Position numbers and translations under genes: made by a program. DNA of 64,000 bases from an uncultured delta proteobacterium (lineage in GTDB: Bacteria > Desulfobacterota > Binatia > HRBIN30 > BPIQ01), in the NCBI GenBank assembly GCA_963761335.1, contig CAVXGR010000018.1, positions 288,001 through 352,000 on the forward strand, given 5' to 3'. Of the stretch, positions 28,319 to 38,237 are shown one piece after another (the first letter of the stretch is position 1; each line of letters opens with the position of its first letter). Below the pieces are notes generated by a model. That model was given only the letters and a program-made list of their open reading frames with translations, was not told where the DNA came from and did no database searches.

Positions 28319-29239
28319 TCAGTGGCGCCCGAGCTCCTCGTCGATGACCACCCGGAAGGCTTCCAGGGGCTGTACCCCGGTTAGCTTGCGGCCGTTGATG
28401 AAGAAGGTCGGCGTCGAGTTCACCCCCAGGGTGGTCGCCTCCGCGATGTCGGCGTGAATGCCGGGAAGGCTGGCGCGCGACTCGACACAGCGGTTGTACT
28501 GCGTCATGTCCAGGCCGGACTGGCGGGCGAGGCGCGCCGCCGTCTCCTTCAGGTTGAGCGAGGTGATGCGGTCCTGTTGCCGGTAGAACTCGTCATAGAT
28601 CTTCCAGAAGGCGTCGTTGCTCTGTGCGAAAGCGCATTCCGAGGCGACGGCGGCACTCTCGGCCCACGGGTGAATCTCGGTCAAGGGGAGGTCCTTGTGG
28701 ACCAGGCGCACCTTGCCGCGATAGGCGCGCAGCAGCTCGGTCTCGACTGATTTCGCCGTGCGGGCGCAGTACTGGCACTGGAAGTCGGTGAACTCGACAA
28801 TGGTGACCGGGGCCTCGGGGCTTCCCCGCGTCGGCTGGTCCTTGAGAGACAGCTTCGCGAGGTTCACCTGGATGGGGTCGACGGTCAGGTCGGCCAGCTC
28901 GCCGCGCAGCAGGTAGTGGGCATCGTTGCTGACCAGGAAGTCGACCGCCTGCGAGCGGCCCTCGAGGCGTACCTCCAGAGCACCCCGCTGCCAGCCCGGT
29001 ATGGATGCCGGGGTGAGATAGGTCATCGTCAGCTCGGCGGCGCGCGGCAGGGTGACGGCCTTGCGGAAGTAGGTGGTGACGCGCTTCTCGATCGTCTGCC
29101 GATCGACGCTCGGCAGGTTCGGATCGGGGCGCTGCGGCAGCAGTGTCGCACAGCCGGCGGCGAAGCTGCAGAGCAGGGCGAACGCCACCGCCATCCCATC
29201 GCCCGATCCCGACCCTCGCCGTCGCTTCACCGTCATCAT
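28319..29239 (-). CDS. DsbA/thioredoxin-fold lipoprotein
   Basis: Lipobox FAAGC, EFTDFQCQYC, GVNSTPTFFING; start uncertain. Confidence 0.85.
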   Translation of the reverse strand: MMTVKRRRGSGSGDGMAVAFALLCSFAAGCATLLPQRPDPNLPSVDRQTIEKRVTTYFRKAVTLPRAAELTMTYLTPASIPGWQRGALEVRLEGRSQAVDFLVSNDAHYLLRGELADLTVDPIQVNLAKLSLKDQPTRGSPEAPVTIVEFTDFQCQYCARTAKSVETELLRAYRGKVRLVHKDLPLTEIHPWAESAAVASECAFAQSNDAFWKIYDEFYRQQDRITSLNLKETAARLARQSGLDMTQYNRCVESRASLPGIHADIAEATTLGVNSTPTFFINGRKLTGVQPLEAFRVVIDEELGRH

Positions 29240-29405
29240 CTGTTCCAGACCGCCGCCGCCAGGGCGGCGGTGGTCTTCATCGAGGCGGGTATATTGGTCC
29301 GGGTGGGCGTGCGGAGTCAACGCGGGGCGCACCGGATGGCGCGCCCCGCGTCTGATGGTGCCTCGGTGGCGGGCCGCTTGCCGGCCCGCCCGTGGCCGCC
29401 CTAGA

Positions 29406-31052
29406 ATGCCCGCCGTGACCCAGCGCCAGGAGAGGGACGCGAAGCTGATCGAGGAGCTGCGCGCCATTCAGGATCGTCACGGCTTTCTTCCCGAGGAGGA
29501 GCTGCGCCAGCTGTCGCGCCGCACGCTGACGCCGCTCTACCGGATCGAGGGACTGACCACCTTCTTCCCCCATTTCCGCCGTACTCCGGGTCCGGTGCGT
29601 GTGCGCGTGTGCACTGACATCGCCTGCCATCTGCACGCCCCCGAGGCCCTGGCGGCGGTGCGCCAGGCGGCCGGAGCGGACGCCGACGTGCGGCCGTCCT
29701 CCTGCCTCGGCCAGTGCAATCGTCCGGTCGCCGCCATGGTCGACGGCCGTGTGGTCACCGGTCTCGGCTCTGCCTGCGTCTGGCCATTCGTCCGCGGCGA
29801 CACTGCTCCGATCGCGCCGGCGGCACCGGGACTCTACCGCGTCGATCCGTACGGCGCCGGGGAGGCGCCCTATGCGGCGTATCGGCGTCTCTTCGGCGAC
29901 CGCACCTCTCCGGCAGCCGAGCAGGTGATCGCCATGCTCCAGGCAAGCGGCCTGCGGGGCATGGGCGGCGCCGGCTTTCCCGCCGGCGCCAAGTGGGAGG
30001 TGGTCCGCGCCACCGCCGCCGACGAGAAGTTCGTCGTCTGCAACGCCGATGAGTGTGAGCCGGGAACCTTCAAGGACCGCTTCCTGCTCGAGACCTTTCC
30101 CGATCTGCTGGTCGAAGCTCTCGCCATTGCCGCCGCCTGCGTCGGCGCCCGCCGCGCCTGGGTGTTCATCCGCCACGAGTACACACAGGCGCACGAGTGC
30201 CTGGCCGCGGCCATGCAGCGGTTCCGCGATCAGGGCTTCGGCGGCGCCGCCGAGCTCGACATCTTCGAGAGTCCGGGCGGCTACATCTGCGGCGAGGAGA
30301 CGGCGCTGCTGGAGGCGATGGAGGGGCGCCGGGCGGAGCCGCGCAACAAGCCGCCGTTCCCCGGGATGCGCGGTCTCTGGGGAAAGCCGACCCTGATCAA
30401 CAACGTCGAGACGCTGTGCTGGGTGCCGGCGATCCTCGCCCGCGGCGCCGAGTGGTTCGCCGCCCAGGGGGTGAACGGCGCCCGCGGGCTCAAGTTCATC
30501 GCCCTCAGCGGTCACGTCGAGCGGCCGGGTGTCTACGAGGTGCCCCTCGGCATCCGCGCCGGCGATCTGATCCGCGACTGCGGCGGCGGTGTGAGCGGCG
30601 GCCGCGCCCTGAAAGCCTTTGCTCCGGGCGGTCCTTCATCGGGCTTCCTGCCGGCGACGATGGCCGACGTACCGCTCGATTTCCAGGCGCTCCAGCAGGC
30701 CGGCTCGATGCTCGGCTCGGGCGCGGTGGTGGCGCTCGCCGAGGGCACCTGCATGCTCGAGGCGGCGATCAACTTCCTGCGCTTCTTTCGCAACGAGTCG
30801 TGCGGCAAATGCGTTCCCTGCCGCGTCGGCACCGAGAAGATGGTGGAGATGGCGGAGCGCCTGGCGGCCGGCAGCAGCCGCGATTCCGATGCGGACGCCC
30901 TCGGCGATCTGACCACGGCGATGGAGCTGACCTCGATCTGCGGTCTCGGGCAGGCCGCGCCGGCACCGCTGCGCTCGGTGCTCGAGTATTTCGGGCCCGA
31001 GCTGGAGGCGCATCGTTCCGGTCACTGCCCCTTCGGAGCTGCGCATGTCTGA
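29406..31052 (+). CDS. NuoE-NuoF fusion (NAD(H)-binding diaphorase subunit of formate dehydrogenase)
   Basis: CTDIAC...CLGQC [2Fe-2S]; GLRGMGGAGFP, NADECEPGTFKD, YICGEET, ESCGKCVPCR, SICGLG. Confidence 0.88.
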   Translation: MPAVTQRQERDAKLIEELRAIQDRHGFLPEEELRQLSRRTLTPLYRIEGLTTFFPHFRRTPGPVRVRVCTDIACHLHAPEALAAVRQAAGADADVRPSSCLGQCNRPVAAMVDGRVVTGLGSACVWPFVRGDTAPIAPAAPGLYRVDPYGAGEAPYAAYRRLFGDRTSPAAEQVIAMLQASGLRGMGGAGFPAGAKWEVVRATAADEKFVVCNADECEPGTFKDRFLLETFPDLLVEALAIAAACVGARRAWVFIRHEYTQAHECLAAAMQRFRDQGFGGAAELDIFESPGGYICGEETALLEAMEGRRAEPRNKPPFPGMRGLWGKPTLINNVETLCWVPAILARGAEWFAAQGVNGARGLKFIALSGHVERPGVYEVPLGIRAGDLIRDCGGGVSGGRALKAFAPGGPSSGFLPATMADVPLDFQALQQAGSMLGSGAVVALAEGTCMLEAAINFLRFFRNESCGKCVPCRVGTEKMVEMAERLAAGSSRDSDADALGDLTTAMELTSICGLGQAAPAPLRSVLEYFGPELEAHRSGHCPFGAAHV

Positions 31053-33861
31053 GATCTCCCTGACCATCGACGGCCGCGCCGTGCGCGCCCCCGCCGGCTC
31101 CACCATCTGGGAGGCGGCGCGCCTCGCCGGCATCGACATCCCCATTCTCTGCCACCAGCCGCGCCTGCGCCCGGTGGCCGTGTGCCGTGTCTGCGCCGTC
31201 GACGTCGAGGGCGCCCGCGTTCCACCGGCGGCGTGCATCCGCACCGCGGAGGAGGGGATGGTGGTGCGCAGCCGCTCGCCGCGACTGGAGCGGGCGAGGC
31301 GGACGCTGGTCGAGATGCTGCTCGCCGATCACCCGGTCCCGTGCGAGCGGCAGCGGCGCTCCGGCGACTGCGAGCTGGAGGCCCTGGCTTCGGCCTACGG
31401 GCTCGCTGGCTCTCGCTTCGCCCCGCGGCAATGGACGAACGGCCGCGATGATTCTTCTCCGGTCATCGCCGTCGATCACCGCGCCTGCATTCTCTGCGAC
31501 CGCTGCATCCGCGCCTGCGACGAGGTGCAGTCGAACGAGGTGATCGGCCGCACCGGAAAGGGCTACGCCAGCGCCATCGCCTTCGATCTGAGCTCGCCCA
31601 TGGGCGACTCGAGCTGCGTCTCCTGCGGCGAGTGCGCCGCCGCCTGCCCCACGGGCGCCCTGGTGCACAAGCCGCTGGGTCTTGCGAGGCCTCCGGCGAA
31701 GCAGGGTTCACCTGCGAAGCCTCCGGCGAAGCGGGTCGACTCGGTGTGCCCCTACTGCGGCGTCGGCTGCGGCATCCGCTACCACGTCAGCGACGGCGTC
31801 ATCGTGCAGGTCAGCGGCCGCGAGGACGATCCTGTCAACCGCGGCCGGCTGTGCGTCAAGGGGCGCTACGGCTTCGACTACGCCCAGCACCCGCAGCGCC
31901 TCACCGTGCCGCTCATTCGCCGCCCGGAGCGTTACCCCAAGGGACCGCTCTCCGCCGATGTGCGTGGCGAGGGCCAGGGCCGCCGGCGCGCCGGCGGCCT
32001 GGTCGACTACGACGAGATCATGCCCGCGTTTCGCGAGGCGAGCTGGGACGAAGCCCTCGATCTGGTCGCCGCGCGCTTCCTGGCGATCAAGACGGCGCAC
32101 GGCGGCGGCGCGCTCGCCGGCTTCGGCTCGGCGAAGTGCTCGAACGAGGACAACTACCTCTTCCAGAAGCTGGTGCGCGCCGTGTTCGGCACCAACAACG
32201 TCGACCACTGCACGCGCCTGTGCCACGCCTCCTCGGTGGCCGCCCTCATGGAGACCATCGGCTCGGGCGCCGTCTCCAATGTTTTTGCCGACGTGCAATA
32301 CGCCGACGCCATCCTGGTGATCGGCTCGAACACCGAAGAGAATCATCCGGTTGCGGCCACCTTCATCAAGGAAGCGGCAAAGCGCGGCGCCTTGCTGATC
32401 GTCATGGATCCGCGCCGTCCCGGCCTCGCCGATCACGCCGACGAGTACCTGCGATTCAAGCCCGGGACAGACGTGGCGCTGCTCAACGCCTTCATGCACG
32501 TCATCATCCGCGACGGCATGGTGGACGAGGCCTTCGTGCGCCAGCGCACCGAAGGTTTCGAGGCGCTCCGCGAGACCGTGCGCCCATACACCCCCGAACG
32601 CGCCGAGAAGATCACCGGCGTCTCGCGAGAGACCATCGAACGGGTTGCCCGCCAGTACGGCGGCGCCGGGGCGGCGATGATCTTCTGGGGCATGGGTATC
32701 TCGCAGCACACTACCGGCACCGACAACGCCCGCAGCCTGATCTCGTTGGCGCTGCTGACCGGCAACCTCGGTCGTCCGGGCACGGGGCTGCACCCGCTGC
32801 GCGGCCAGAACAACGTCCAGGGCGCCTCCGACGTCGGCCTGATCCCGATGGTCTATACCGACTACCAGCCGGTGACCGACGCGGCGGTGCGCCGCAAGTT
32901 CGAGAGCGCCTGGGGGGTGGTGCTCGATGCGCAGCCGGGGCTCACGGTGGTCGAGATCACCTCGGCGGCTCTCGAGGGACGCATCAAGGGAATGATGATG
33001 ATGGGGGAGAACCCCTTCCTCAGCGACCCCAACACCAACAAGGTGCGCAAGGCGCTCGCGCATCTCGAGTTCCTGGTGGTGCAGGACATCTTCCTCACCG
33101 AGACCGCGGAGTTCGCCGACGTCATCCTGCCGGCGACCAGCTTCGCCGAGAAGGAGGGCACCTACACCAACACCGACCGGCGCGTACAGCTCGGGCGCAA
33201 GGCCATCGAGCCGCCGGGGGAGGCGCGCACCGACTGGAAGGTCATCGCCGAGATCGCCACGCGCATGGGATATCCGATGCGCTATCAGTCCGCCGAGGAG
33301 ATCTTCCGCGAGATCACGGCGCTGTCGCCGAACCTGGCGGGGCTGTCGTACGACAAGCTGGGCACCGCCGGCACTCTCTGGCCGTGCCCGGCGCCGGATC
33401 ACCCGGGAACTTCGGTGCTGTTCACCGAGACCTTCCCGCGCGGCCGTGGCCGCTTCGTGCCGGCGGAGTTCGCGCCCGCCGTGGAGCTACCCGACGACGA
33501 GTACCCGCTGGTGCTCAACACCGGCCGCGTCCTCGAGCACTGGCACACCGGCTCGATGACGCGGCGTTCGAAGGCGCTGGACGCCCTCGAGCCGTCGCCG
33601 TTCGTCGAGGTGTGCCCCGCGGATCTCGACGCCCATGGGATCGCCGACGGCGATTGGGTGCGCGTCTCCTCGCGGCGCGGCGCCATCGTGCTGCGGGCTC
33701 GCCGCAGCGAGCGTACCCATCCCGGCAGCGTCTTCATCCCCTTCCACTTCCGCGAGGCCGCCGCCAACGTTCTCACCATCGACGCCCTCGACCCCTTCGG
33801 CAAGATCCCCGAGTTCAAGTTCTGCTCGGTGAAGCTGGAAGCGGTGGCGGAGCCGACGTAG
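31045..33861 (+). CDS. fdhF: formate dehydrogenase alpha subunit (Cys-type, Mo/W-bisPGD)
   Basis: N-terminal Fe-S domains, CPYCGVGC, LCVKG, NVDHCTRLCHASS, PLRGQNNVQG, KIPEFK. Confidence 0.92.
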   Translation: MSEISLTIDGRAVRAPAGSTIWEAARLAGIDIPILCHQPRLRPVAVCRVCAVDVEGARVPPAACIRTAEEGMVVRSRSPRLERARRTLVEMLLADHPVPCERQRRSGDCELEALASAYGLAGSRFAPRQWTNGRDDSSPVIAVDHRACILCDRCIRACDEVQSNEVIGRTGKGYASAIAFDLSSPMGDSSCVSCGECAAACPTGALVHKPLGLARPPAKQGSPAKPPAKRVDSVCPYCGVGCGIRYHVSDGVIVQVSGREDDPVNRGRLCVKGRYGFDYAQHPQRLTVPLIRRPERYPKGPLSADVRGEGQGRRRAGGLVDYDEIMPAFREASWDEALDLVAARFLAIKTAHGGGALAGFGSAKCSNEDNYLFQKLVRAVFGTNNVDHCTRLCHASSVAALMETIGSGAVSNVFADVQYADAILVIGSNTEENHPVAATFIKEAAKRGALLIVMDPRRPGLADHADEYLRFKPGTDVALLNAFMHVIIRDGMVDEAFVRQRTEGFEALRETVRPYTPERAEKITGVSRETIERVARQYGGAGAAMIFWGMGISQHTTGTDNARSLISLALLTGNLGRPGTGLHPLRGQNNVQGASDVGLIPMVYTDYQPVTDAAVRRKFESAWGVVLDAQPGLTVVEITSAALEGRIKGMMMMGENPFLSDPNTNKVRKALAHLEFLVVQDIFLTETAEFADVILPATSFAEKEGTYTNTDRRVQLGRKAIEPPGEARTDWKVIAEIATRMGYPMRYQSAEEIFREITALSPNLAGLSYDKLGTAGTLWPCPAPDHPGTSVLFTETFPRGRGRFVPAEFAPAVELPDDEYPLVLNTGRVLEHWHTGSMTRRSKALDALEPSPFVEVCPADLDAHGIADGDWVRVSSRRGAIVLRARRSERTHPGSVFIPFHFREAAANVLTIDALDPFGKIPEFKFCSVKLEAVAEPT

Positions 33862-33932
33862 CCGGGGGTTGAAGAGGTCGTCTCAAAGCCGAAGTAGAAG
33901 CGACGTCTCGCCGCTTCCGTGAAGCGCCGAGA
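33862..33932. repeat. partial composite element: CCGGGGGTTGAAGAGGTCGTCTCAAA end plus truncated REP doublet
   Basis: Matches the left end and the REP of 38339-38483. Confidence 0.75.
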
Positions 33933-33966
33933 TCCGGTGACGATCCACGCGGCGGCGGCCCCGCGG

Positions 33967-36033
33967 CTACTCGACCTTCAGGACAGCTTCTCCATCGGAA
34001 ACGATGGTGACCTCGCCCAGCCGCCGCGGCGGGCTGGAGAGCACTTCCACCTGGTACTTGCCGGGGGGCAGCTCGAGACGGTCGCCGTTGACAGCCCCCG
34101 TGGCGACCGCGGCGCCGTCCTTCTCGACCCGGTAGGGCAAGCGGAGAGAGGCCTTGATGGCGCGCGCCAGGGCGGCGCCGTCGCCGGCGTCGAAGTAGCT
34201 GCCGCCGCCGAGGCGCGCCCAGGTCTCGAAGTCCTCTTTCAGGGCCAGCTCGTCGACGGCGAAGCCGACGATGTTGATCCGCACGTCGAACCCGGCGCGG
34301 CGCAGCTCCTGGATCGCGGCCTTGGGATCGCCGCCGCAGGTCTCCTCGCCGTCGGTGACCAGCACGACGATCGCGGCGCCCTCGACGCCGGCCAGATCCT
34401 GCTTGACGCGCAGCAGGGAGTCGGCGATCGGCGTCTTGGCGAGATTCTTCGCCCCGATGCCGCCGATCTTCGCCACTGCGGTGCTGCGATTGAGCGGCGC
34501 CAGCGGGATCTCGAGATCGGTGCGGCAGGAGTCCGCCTGCCGATGTCCGAACACCCGTAACGCGAAGGGGGCGCCGGCAGGAAGAACATTCTGCGTGAGC
34601 TCGACGAGAGCCGCCTTGGCGAGATCGATGCGGCGCTTGCCGCCGAGGCGCTGGAGCATGCTCCCGGATGCATCGAGGATCAGCTCGACGGCGCCGGGGG
34701 CTGCCTTGTCCTCGGCTGCGGCGGTGACGCGAAGAGTCCCCGGCGTCGTTCCGGGCGCGACCTCGATGGCGGCGCGGGCCAGCACCTTGTTCTTCCGCCC
34801 GGTCAAGTAGCGGAGCTCGTATGCCCCTGTCTCCTTGGGGGCCTGCAGACGCGCCGGAGATCCGCGCTTGGTGTAGGCGTAGCTGGCCGTCTCGTTCGCG
34901 CGCGCCTCCTTTCGCGCCAGGGCGACGTAGTCTTCCGGGTTGTTCGGGCCGCTCCAGGAGACCTCGAACTTCGCCTGCGCTTCGACCGTCGCCGGGCCGC
35001 TGACGGTCGCCGCGACCGGCTCGGCGTGGAGCGGTGTCTGCGCCAGCACCCGATACGTCTGCCCCGTGTGGTAGCGGACCAGGTAATCCCCTGGGTCCTC
35101 GGGTACGCGGATGACCACCGGGCTGCCGTCCTTCGTGTAGGTGTAAGTGCCGTAGTCGCGGTCGGCGGCGCCGGTCTGGTCGATGCTGATGAAGTCCCCT
35201 TTGTCGTCGGGGCCCGTCCAGCCGATCTGCAGCTCGCTCCCGGCAGGAGCGCTCTCCGGAATCTCCAGGCCGGCTTGCGTACCCGCGACCTGGAGCGGCT
35301 TCGCCGCGATCACCCGATAGGTCTGGCCGAGGTGATAGCGGATCTGATAATCGCCGGCCGCGTCGGGGGCGCGCAGCTTCGCCGGGCTGCCGTGCTTGCT
35401 GTAGGCATAGACGCCGTACTCGCGATCGGAGGCACCCGCCTGATCGATGGCGACGAAGTCGCCTTGGTTGTTCGGCCCCGAGAAGGTCACCTGAAAGCTC
35501 GCGCCCGCGTCGACCTGCGCCGGGGCTTCGATGGTCGCTTGAACGTCCTTCACGTCGAGCGGCGCCGAGCCGAGCACCTGGTAGCCCCCCGTGCCCTGGT
35601 GGTAACGCAGCTGGTACTTCCCCGGCACGTCAGGGGCGCGCAGCTTCACGGGGTTGCCGCTCTTCACGTATACGTAGTGACCGTACTCCCGCTCGGCCGC
35701 CCCCGCCTCGTCGATGCTGATGAAGTCGAGGGGACCGTGCGGCCCGCTGTAGGAAACCTCGATCGGGGCTCCGGCGCTCACTTCTCGCGGCGCCTTCAGC
35801 GCGATTGTCGTCCCCGACTTCTCGTCGGCGACGGCCACGGAGCTCGCCATCAGCACGGCGACGACGAGGGCGAGCGGCGCCGCCCCCGCGGGGGAGCGCT
35901 CGCTCCGCTTGCGCCGCTGGCCAGAGGTTGGAACATGGAGAGGACGAGATGGGCCTGCCTGGCCGGCGGCATTCGACGCGCATGGCTGGATCGTCATGGC
36001 CTCGTTCTTTGCATCGGCGGCGCCGACCCGCAA
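33967..36033 (-). CDS. exported protein with four ~95-aa beta repeats and a C-terminal VWA domain
   Basis: Repeats AP..V.AG....V...GP....D(F/Y)...G.P..LRAP...G.Y..RY; MIDAS DASGS, TPI, TDGEETC. The true start is probably downstream of 36033. Confidence 0.85.
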   Translation of the reverse strand: MRVGAADAKNEAMTIQPCASNAAGQAGPSRPLHVPTSGQRRKRSERSPAGAAPLALVVAVLMASSVAVADEKSGTTIALKAPREVSAGAPIEVSYSGPHGPLDFISIDEAGAAEREYGHYVYVKSGNPVKLRAPDVPGKYQLRYHQGTGGYQVLGSAPLDVKDVQATIEAPAQVDAGASFQVTFSGPNNQGDFVAIDQAGASDREYGVYAYSKHGSPAKLRAPDAAGDYQIRYHLGQTYRVIAAKPLQVAGTQAGLEIPESAPAGSELQIGWTGPDDKGDFISIDQTGAADRDYGTYTYTKDGSPVVIRVPEDPGDYLVRYHTGQTYRVLAQTPLHAEPVAATVSGPATVEAQAKFEVSWSGPNNPEDYVALARKEARANETASYAYTKRGSPARLQAPKETGAYELRYLTGRKNKVLARAAIEVAPGTTPGTLRVTAAAEDKAAPGAVELILDASGSMLQRLGGKRRIDLAKAALVELTQNVLPAGAPFALRVFGHRQADSCRTDLEIPLAPLNRSTAVAKIGGIGAKNLAKTPIADSLLRVKQDLAGVEGAAIVVLVTDGEETCGGDPKAAIQELRRAGFDVRINIVGFAVDELALKEDFETWARLGGGSYFDAGDGAALARAIKASLRLPYRVEKDGAAVATGAVNGDRLELPPGKYQVEVLSSPPRRLGEVTIVSDGEAVLKVE

Positions 36034-36095
36034 CCCCGCGGGGGGATTCGGGCTGGCGCGGGGCGGAGTGCGGGCACGAAGGCCCGGGTGCAGAA

Positions 36096-36145
36096 GTAGA
36101 AGTGCCGTCCCGGCGCTTTCCGAAGCGGCGAGACGCCGCTTCTAC
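36096..36145. repeat. GTAG-type REP doublet (50 bp)
   Basis: Reverse complement is 49/50 identical to 38402-38451. Confidence 0.88.
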
Positions 36146-36184
36146 TTGCCCCGCTGGGCGGCGGAGTCGTTCTGCCCCCTGCCG

Positions 36185-38173
36185 CTACGGGGCGGTGCGC
36201 TTCGGGGTGGTGTTGAGCAGGATGAGGACGTTCTGCGATTCCCGGTTGACGACGGCCATGTCGACGCGGCCGTCGCGGTTGAAGTCGCCGGCGGCGACGG
36301 CGCGGGGGTCGCGGCCGACGGGGAAGCGGAGCGGCTCGGCGAAGCCGCCTTCCTTGAGGCCGAGCAGCACCTCGACGTCATCGCGGAAATCCTCGTTGAC
36401 GACCAGATCCGTCAGATTGTCGCCGTTGAAATCGTCGGCAACCAGCGGGTGAATCGTGGCACCGACGTGGTTGAGCTGCGGCGCCGCCAGCGTGCCGTCC
36501 GCCTGCCCGTGCAGGATGGCGACGGTGTCCCGGCCCTCGGTGGCCACCACCAGGTCGATGCGGCCGTTGCCGTCGACGTCGCCGGCAAGCAGGATCGAGG
36601 GATGTGCGGGCACGGGGTAGTTCTTCACGTCCGGGAAGCGACCGCCGCCGTCGCCATAGAGGATGGAGACGCTGTCGGAGAGGCTGTTGGCGACGGCGAG
36701 GTCGGGGTTGCCGTCGCCGTTGAAGTCGCCGCCGGCGATGGCGGTCGGGCCGAGGCCGACGGCGACGAGCAGCGGCGCGGCGAAGTTGCCGCGGCCGTCG
36801 CCGGCGAGGATGGCGACGTCATCGGTGGCGAAGTCGGCGACGGCGAGATCCATATGGCCGTCGCCGTCGAAGTCGCCGCTCACCAGGGCGCGCGGGTTTC
36901 TGCCGACGCGGATGCGCACCGAGGCGGTGAAGCCGCCGTTGCCGTCGGACTTGTAGACGCCGACGCTGTTCGACACCTCGTTGGCCACCGCCAGATCGAC
37001 GTTGCCGTCGCCGTCGAAATCGGCGGCGGCGACGGCGCCGGGACTGTCTCCGGTGTCGACGCTGACCACGCCGCGAAAGCGTCCGCCGCCGATGCCCGGG
37101 AGAGCCGTGATGGTGTCGCCCATGCGGTTGGCGACGAGGAGATCGGTGATGCCGTCGCCGTCGAGATCGCCGACGGCCACGTCGACTGGCTCGCGGCCGA
37201 CGCCGTAGCTGCGCAAGCGCTGGAAGCCTCCCTTGCCGTCGCCGGCGAGAATGGTCAGCGCCCCGGCCCGGCGTTCGCAGAAGACCAGATCCAGCGTGCC
37301 GTCGCCGTTGACATCGGCGGCCCGCAGGCCGTCGCGGAGTGCGCCTTCGTCGAGCATCTCCGCCTTGGCGAACCCCCCGGAGCCGTCGCCGGCGAACATG
37401 AGCACGCCGCGGCTGGCGACGGCGAACAGGTCGACGTGTCCATCGCCGTTGGCGTCGCCAGCCACCAGTGACGCCGCCGGCTCGCTCAGAGGAACGGAGA
37501 TCGGCGACTTGAAGCTGTCCGGCTTGGTGGTGAGGAGCAGGTCGAGTGCCGGCGTCGTGCTACCGGAGAGGGCGATGTCGAGCTGGCCGTCGCCGTCGAG
37601 GTCGGCGACGGCGATGTGACTGACGTAGGCGAGGTCGGTCTCCACCTGCAACGGCTCGCCGATCTGCTTCCCCTCTCGCCCGAAGAAGATGGTGATGCCT
37701 CCCCGCCGGCCGACGATCAGATCGGACCGGCCGTCGCCGTTGAGGTCGGCGGCGGCGATGGCGCGTGGCTGCGGCTTGATGCCCACGGTGTAGGCCGGCT
37801 GCAAGCGGCCGTTGTCGTCGCCCTGGAGCACGTGGATGACGGCGTGCATCTCGTCCGGATAGGCGAGGTCGAGGCGCCCGTCGCCGTTCAGGTCGGCGAG
37901 GACGAAGTGCTTGACGAACTCGGTCGAGGGGACCTCGAGCGCCTCGGGACGCTCATCCCGCCCACGGCCGTAGAGGACCTGAATCCCCTTGTCCGTGCCG
38001 ACGACGACATCCGCATCACCGTCGCGGTCGACGTCGCCGATGGCGACCGCCGACGGTCCGGAGGCGACCGGGTAGTCGGCGCGGACCAGGAAATCGACAT
38101 AGGCAGCCCCCGCCTCTGCGGCCAGCAGGCTCACGGCGGCGACAGCCGAAGCGACAACGATTGGCCAACGCAT
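36185..38173 (-). CDS. secreted FG-GAP/VCBS repeat protein
   Basis: Signal peptide; 13 D(L/F/V)(N/D)GDGxxD-type repeats. Confidence 0.92.
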   Translation of the reverse strand: MRWPIVVASAVAAVSLLAAEAGAAYVDFLVRADYPVASGPSAVAIGDVDRDGDADVVVGTDKGIQVLYGRGRDERPEALEVPSTEFVKHFVLADLNGDGRLDLAYPDEMHAVIHVLQGDDNGRLQPAYTVGIKPQPRAIAAADLNGDGRSDLIVGRRGGITIFFGREGKQIGEPLQVETDLAYVSHIAVADLDGDGQLDIALSGSTTPALDLLLTTKPDSFKSPISVPLSEPAASLVAGDANGDGHVDLFAVASRGVLMFAGDGSGGFAKAEMLDEGALRDGLRAADVNGDGTLDLVFCERRAGALTILAGDGKGGFQRLRSYGVGREPVDVAVGDLDGDGITDLLVANRMGDTITALPGIGGGRFRGVVSVDTGDSPGAVAAADFDGDGNVDLAVANEVSNSVGVYKSDGNGGFTASVRIRVGRNPRALVSGDFDGDGHMDLAVADFATDDVAILAGDGRGNFAAPLLVAVGLGPTAIAGGDFNGDGNPDLAVANSLSDSVSILYGDGGGRFPDVKNYPVPAHPSILLAGDVDGNGRIDLVVATEGRDTVAILHGQADGTLAAPQLNHVGATIHPLVADDFNGDNLTDLVVNEDFRDDVEVLLGLKEGGFAEPLRFPVGRDPRAVAAGDFNRDGRVDMAVVNRESQNVLILLNTTPKRTAP

Positions 38174-38237
38174 TCTTCGGGGGTTAGCAGAAAGAGCCGG
38201 GGCCGGCTATCTATCGGCGGCGCAAAGCGCCGCCGAT

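Noticed and set aside
31045..33861. Selenocysteine recoding in FDH
   Set aside because: The active-site residue is encoded as Cys (RLCHASS), with no in-frame TGA.
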